DNA from: a virus
Lineage: Duplodnaviria; Caudoviricetes
IMG/VR virus record: IMGVR_UViG_3300033518_000313
Coordinates: 1-38,548 of that record
Strand: one strand, 5' to 3'
Length of the DNA stretch: 38,548 nt
In this document: piece by piece, positions 34,889-38,548 of the stretch
How positions within the stretch are numbered: position 1 is the first letter of the stretch
Layout of the letters: each line of letters opens with the position of its first letter
Program-made: the position numbers and the translations under genes
The notes under the pieces: generated by a model
The model's input: the letters and a program-made list of their open reading frames with translations, nothing else
The model's database searches: none
What the model was told of the DNA's origin: nothing

Positions 34889-36551
34889 AATTTTTTATAT
34901 CAATATCTAAACCGTGTAGTTGCTCTTCTTCTTCTATGACTAATTCCGCTCCGTCTACAGTGAAAACGGTTGAACCCTTTTTTATTCTGATAACCTTACC
35001 ATTCTCCATCTTTGCGTCGAAAAACACATCCGGCATTATGCGAACTTCATTCAAGAAACGCTCAAACAATAAATTATATTTTATTGGGTCAACTTCCGTA
35101 ATATTCAAAACATAGCATATCAAACTTCCGGCTGCGCTTCCACGTCCTGGCCCAACAAGTACATCATTTTCATGAGACCATTTAATAATATCCCAAAGCA
35201 CTAAGAAATAGTCAACCAAGTCCGCATCCAAAATAACCTTTTTCTCTCTTTCTAACCTACTGAAATAGATGTCTAATTTATCGTCATCGTCCTCACAAAG
35301 TGGTAATATTTTATTCCGGAATCCGTCAAGCAATAAATTTTCAAAGAATTCTATTTTGTTATCAATTTCATATTCGGGAATCTTAGATGCTCCAACGTCA
35401 ATTTTAAAATTACATTTGTCGGATATTTCTTTGGTGTTTTCCAAGGCTTCAAAAAATATTGATAGGCTTTCTTCTGAAACTAGCATATCAGAATTTTTAG
35501 CTATTATTTCGTCAACACTTTTTAGATACTGTTCTTGAGATGTTGCGGCTGTGCGTCTGTCTATTTTGTTTAAAATACTTTTGACGGAGTAATCTATTTT
35601 TTCCACGTAGTAACAATCCTCAATATAGACTGGCTTTATGTTGGAAGAATATTCATCCATATACAACTTGATATTCTTTAAATTCTCTAAATCTAAGTTT
35701 GGGTCTTCGAAGCGTATGAAATCAATCTGAAAGTATAGATCTTCCCTTTCTATATTTTTACGAAGAGCCTTTAATTCTGATTTGAAATTCTCAGGATTTT
35801 TCATATTCAAATACAAAAAGCTCTCTTTAAAAATAACTACGATTAATCCGCCGAGTCTTGGCAATAACTCCTCTAAAGGAATAAAACCGTCGTAATCTAC
35901 ATTTATACTTTTAGAAATTCTAAGTATGTTCTGCCATCCCGATTTGTCTTTGATGAATAGCTTCAATTCATAAATCTCTTGAAATTCTTTTTCCTTTTCG
36001 TAGTTGTAAGCTACTGAAACGGTCATCCCGGAAATAGCTTTGATATTATTTTTCTCACAATCAAGTTGAAATGATAATGATGATGCTAATGTATTCTTTT
36101 CGCAAACCCCTAAAGATTTTTGCTTCAAGTACTTTGCTTTCTTAATCCAACTTGATATATCTCCACTACCGTTCAAAAGCTCATATCCTGAATGAACACC
36201 TAAATTACAAAAGCCTATGTCTTCGAATTCAGAATTAAATTTACCAATGTTTATAAAATTATTGAATTGTGGAATTATGACTTCTTCGTTGTATTCATTT
36301 TTCTTTCTATTGTTAGAATCGCAGTAGTAAAATCTGTTTCCAAACTTAAAAACTAAAAACTTTATATCAGCGTCACTTTCCAAAATTTCGTTTTCTTCCT
36401 CCGATAGAATCATGGAAAAATCTTTATCTAATATTTTTTCATCAACCCCCTTAACAAACAATAGCTTTCCAAAATCCTCGATAGTGAGGACTTGGTCAGC
36501 TATTGCACATTGCAGATTATTTTCTTTTATCCAATCCTTTAAATCTTTCAT
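34875..36551 (-). CDS. dnaE: DNA polymerase III alpha, N-terminal part (degenerate PHP, start of palm) plus C-terminal half-intein-like lobe
   Basis: LGVHSGYELLNG, DYFLVLWD, GPGRGSAAGSL, LLFERFLN. Confidence 0.93.
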   Translation of the reverse strand: MKDLKDWIKENNLQCAIADQVLTIEDFGKLLFVKGVDEKILDKDFSMILSEEENEILESDADIKFLVFKFGNRFYYCDSNNRKKNEYNEEVIIPQFNNFINIGKFNSEFEDIGFCNLGVHSGYELLNGSGDISSWIKKAKYLKQKSLGVCEKNTLASSLSFQLDCEKNNIKAISGMTVSVAYNYEKEKEFQEIYELKLFIKDKSGWQNILRISKSINVDYDGFIPLEELLPRLGGLIVVIFKESFLYLNMKNPENFKSELKALRKNIEREDLYFQIDFIRFEDPNLDLENLKNIKLYMDEYSSNIKPVYIEDCYYVEKIDYSVKSILNKIDRRTAATSQEQYLKSVDEIIAKNSDMLVSEESLSIFFEALENTKEISDKCNFKIDVGASKIPEYEIDNKIEFFENLLLDGFRNKILPLCEDDDDKLDIYFSRLEREKKVILDADLVDYFLVLWDIIKWSHENDVLVGPGRGSAAGSLICYVLNITEVDPIKYNLLFERFLNEVRIMPDVFFDAKMENGKVIRIKKGSTVFTVDGAELVIEEEEQLHGLDIDIKNYESS

Positions 36552-37741
36552 TATAGATTCCCAATTATACCTTGAGTGGTAGATGAATCTTCGCCTTTGA
36601 ATCGAGCGGCAAAGAAATTTAACGCCAAAGCGTAAACATCCGTTTTGTTGTATTCGATATATTTGTCTCTGACGTATCTATAAAACTCTGTTTTTGTAGC
36701 GTCGTCTTTTTTAATCGTTTTGAATTTATAGTCTGAATAAACAAACAACAAATCGTAAGTAAACAACAAGAATTTTGAAAACGCTCCTAATCTTGAACGG
36801 TCTTGGTCGCTCACGCGAATACCTTTTGTTACTGAATCTATGATTAAATCTATAAAGTAATCAATTTCACTCAATTTCAAATAAACAGAATCCCCCTCAA
36901 AATTCATATCAATTTTAAACGGACTTGAGATATCGTACAAGTCTACGAATTGACCGTTGCTGATTGTCGTGTTTTCGTACATCTTCATAGCTATATCATT
37001 GTCCATATAGAAATGCAAACTTTGAGAATTATGCGTTTGAGTACCTAATTCAACATTTAGAATATTACTCATTACTTCTGAAACAAAACTGAATTGAAAA
37101 ACGTTCGTCGGCAACCCCCAATGTAAATCATTACTTCTGTTAGCAATTGTCGTGTGTAATTTTTCATCTCTTATTTTGAACATCAATAAGTCGTTACAAG
37201 GTAAATCTTTGGACTTAACATTTAAATCAAGTTCCGGATTCCATATTGACATAACCGCTCTTCGAGTTTCTTTGTCTTCTTTCAACATCGTTAGCGTTTC
37301 AAACATTTGGTCGGTTCCAGTAGCTATTTGATTCCAAGCGTGATTTTGCTCTTCTCCTAAAGGTTTCTCCTTAAAATTAGAAGATACTCCATAATGCCTA
37401 ATTCTGTATCCATAAGGTGCATGGAAAACTTGACCGTCATCTGAGTAATCGACCATTTTAGAATTAAAGATTTCCAAAAATTCTACATCTTTTTTACCCC
37501 TAAAAATCCACAACGCTTCAGCTAATAAGAAATAGATGTTGATGTTTCTATTATTATTTCCAACGCACCTTTTATAAGGATTTGTAATTTCTGTTTTGAA
37601 ATTCAAAATTTCTTTTGTGTCTCCGTTTCTACTTGGTACGAAGTCTCCATTTTCTACCATGAACTTATTCACATAGGGATAAGAACGTGAAAAATTTTCC
37701 GTGTTGATGGAATTGTTAAAAATCATTGACATAGTTTGCAT
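36551..37741 (-). CDS. thymidylate-synthase-fold enzyme, candidate dUMP hydroxymethylase
   Basis: RNG.T.E, AEALW, YSDDG...APYG.RI, TRRAV, KDLPCN, RSNDLHWGLPTN, SLHFY; long C-terminal extension. Confidence 0.8.
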   Translation of the reverse strand: MQTMSMIFNNSINTENFSRSYPYVNKFMVENGDFVPSRNGDTKEILNFKTEITNPYKRCVGNNNRNINIYFLLAEALWIFRGKKDVEFLEIFNSKMVDYSDDGQVFHAPYGYRIRHYGVSSNFKEKPLGEEQNHAWNQIATGTDQMFETLTMLKEDKETRRAVMSIWNPELDLNVKSKDLPCNDLLMFKIRDEKLHTTIANRSNDLHWGLPTNVFQFSFVSEVMSNILNVELGTQTHNSQSLHFYMDNDIAMKMYENTTISNGQFVDLYDISSPFKIDMNFEGDSVYLKLSEIDYFIDLIIDSVTKGIRVSDQDRSRLGAFSKFLLFTYDLLFVYSDYKFKTIKKDDATKTEFYRYVRDKYIEYNKTDVYALALNFFAARFKGEDSSTTQGIIGNL

Positions 37742-37781
37742 ATTTTAAATTTTTACTTTTACTTATAAACCTTGTAAAACG

Positions 37782-37802
37782 AAAAATGCTCCCGGAGGAG
37801 CA
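37782..37802 (-). terminator. intrinsic terminator identical to 507-527
   Basis: TGCTCC-TCCG-GGAGCA-TTTTT, followed by ACAAGGTTTA. Confidence 0.8.
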
Positions 37803-37824
37803 TTAATCGCTTGTTTTTGAATTA

Positions 37825-38548
37825 CTATTTTGCGGCTTTCTTAGTCGCTTTCGGTGCAACTTTCGGTGCAACTTTCGGTGCAACTTTTTCTTCCACTTTC
37901 GGTGTGGCTTTTTTAGTGGCTCCGGATTTTGATTTTATCTCAGCTACTTTTGCGGCTTTTTCCTCTTTTAGTTGCTCTTCCATTTTCTCTCTGTTTTTAC
38001 CTAACATAACGTCTTTTCTTCCAAAACCGTCAAGTAATTTTTTAAAGAAATCAACGTTGTCTTCCAAAACGGGAATCAATTCATCCAAAGGAAATTTAAC
38101 AACGAAAGGAATACCTGACCATGAATCTTTAACTTCGTAGTCTTCAGAAAACAATTCAGCTAATTTTTCTTTGTCCTTAATCGAAGGAATAAACATTCCA
38201 CCTATCAATACGCCATCTACGATTCTTGGAGTATCAAATGAAAGGAAAACTTTTGTTGAGTTTTTACCTAAGAATTTGATTGAACAACCTCCGTTGGCGA
38301 TAAAGTTGTATTCGAATTTACCAAATTTAGCAAGAGCTTTTTTCAATGGGTCAAAACGTTTAGCGTCTTTTTCATCAGCAATAGGGTTGAAACGTTTTGA
38401 AACCTTGGCAGCTTTTTTAACTACTTCTGGAATCACTTTGTCTTTTTTCTTGGCTTCCGTAGCTTTTACCTCAGCTTTTGCTTTGCCGACTTTTTGTTGG
38501 GCTGCTTTTTCCTTTTCTTTTTTGGTTGGAAGAACTACTTCTTCTTCC
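37825..38548 (-). CDS. Lys/Ala-rich protein, 5'-truncated by the window edge
   Basis: Frame stays open upstream of 38436 to the edge; C-terminal (KVAP)x3 KATKKAAK tail. Confidence 0.75.
   Translation of the reverse strand, partial: EEEVVLPTKKEKEKAAQQKVGKAKAEVKATEAKKKDKVIPEVVKKAAKVSKRFNPIADEKDAKRFDPLKKALAKFGKFEYNFIANGGCSIKFLGKNSTKVFLSFDTPRIVDGVLIGGMFIPSIKDKEKLAELFSEDYEVKDSWSGIPFVVKFPLDELIPVLEDNVDFFKKLLDGFGRKDVMLGKNREKMEEQLKEEKAAKVAEIKSKSGATKKATPKVEEKVAPKVAPKVAPKATKKAAK
37849..37886. repeat. 12-bp tandem repeat x3 (TTTCGGTGCAAC)
   Basis: Encodes the KVAP repeats. Confidence 0.85.

Noticed and set aside
34837-35045. Canonical trans-splicing split intein in dnaE
   Set aside because: No N-terminal Cys/Ser block A, TxxH is absent, there is no terminal Asn/Gln followed by Cys/Ser/Thr, and the pieces are too short for a full Hint domain.
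1137-38140. Numerous other plus-strand ORFs in the track
   Set aside because: They lie antisense to well-supported minus-strand genes and have F/S/I-rich shadow composition. Only 16334..16876 is credible.
1-38548. tRNA, rRNA or group I/II intron
   Set aside because: No cloverleaf or intron-sized non-coding gap was seen. The intergenic spaces are explained by terminators, promoters and gene remnants.

Overview
AT-rich segment of a large lytic tailed dsDNA phage genome, with almost every gene on the minus strand. A Bacteroidota (probably Flavobacteriales) host is inferred from the A-rich start contexts lacking Shine-Dalgarno motifs and the TAnnTTT-type promoters. The right half is a replication/recombination and nucleotide-metabolism module: a thymidylate-synthase-fold enzyme resembling dUMP hydroxymethylase, DnaE split over two ORFs, HD phosphohydrolase, DUF3310-like protein, SSB, RecA, SbcD/SbcC, RuvC-like resolvase, a sigma-like factor, UvrD and RNase H. 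The middle holds many small accessory genes (dUTPase, macrodomain, MucR-like, LuxR HTH, one plus-strand Fn3 gene). The left holds a DEDDh exonuclease, terminase large subunit and probable internal head proteins. Main observations: (1) DnaE is split just before its catalytic PDID motif, and the halves carry what looks like a non-catalytic half-intein clasp (acidic lobe plus basic strand). (2) Three tandem genes share a ~32-aa N-terminal leader ending IEK(A/G) fused to unrelated cargo, a candidate capsid-targeting and protease-processing system. (3) A possible hydroxymethyluracil DNA pathway sits next to a family C polymerase. (4) There is a duplicated 157-bp promoter cassette and a recurring ACAAGGTTTA upstream motif. 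(5) Several genes appear collapsed by internal deletion. All family calls come from reading motifs by eye; no database searches were run.
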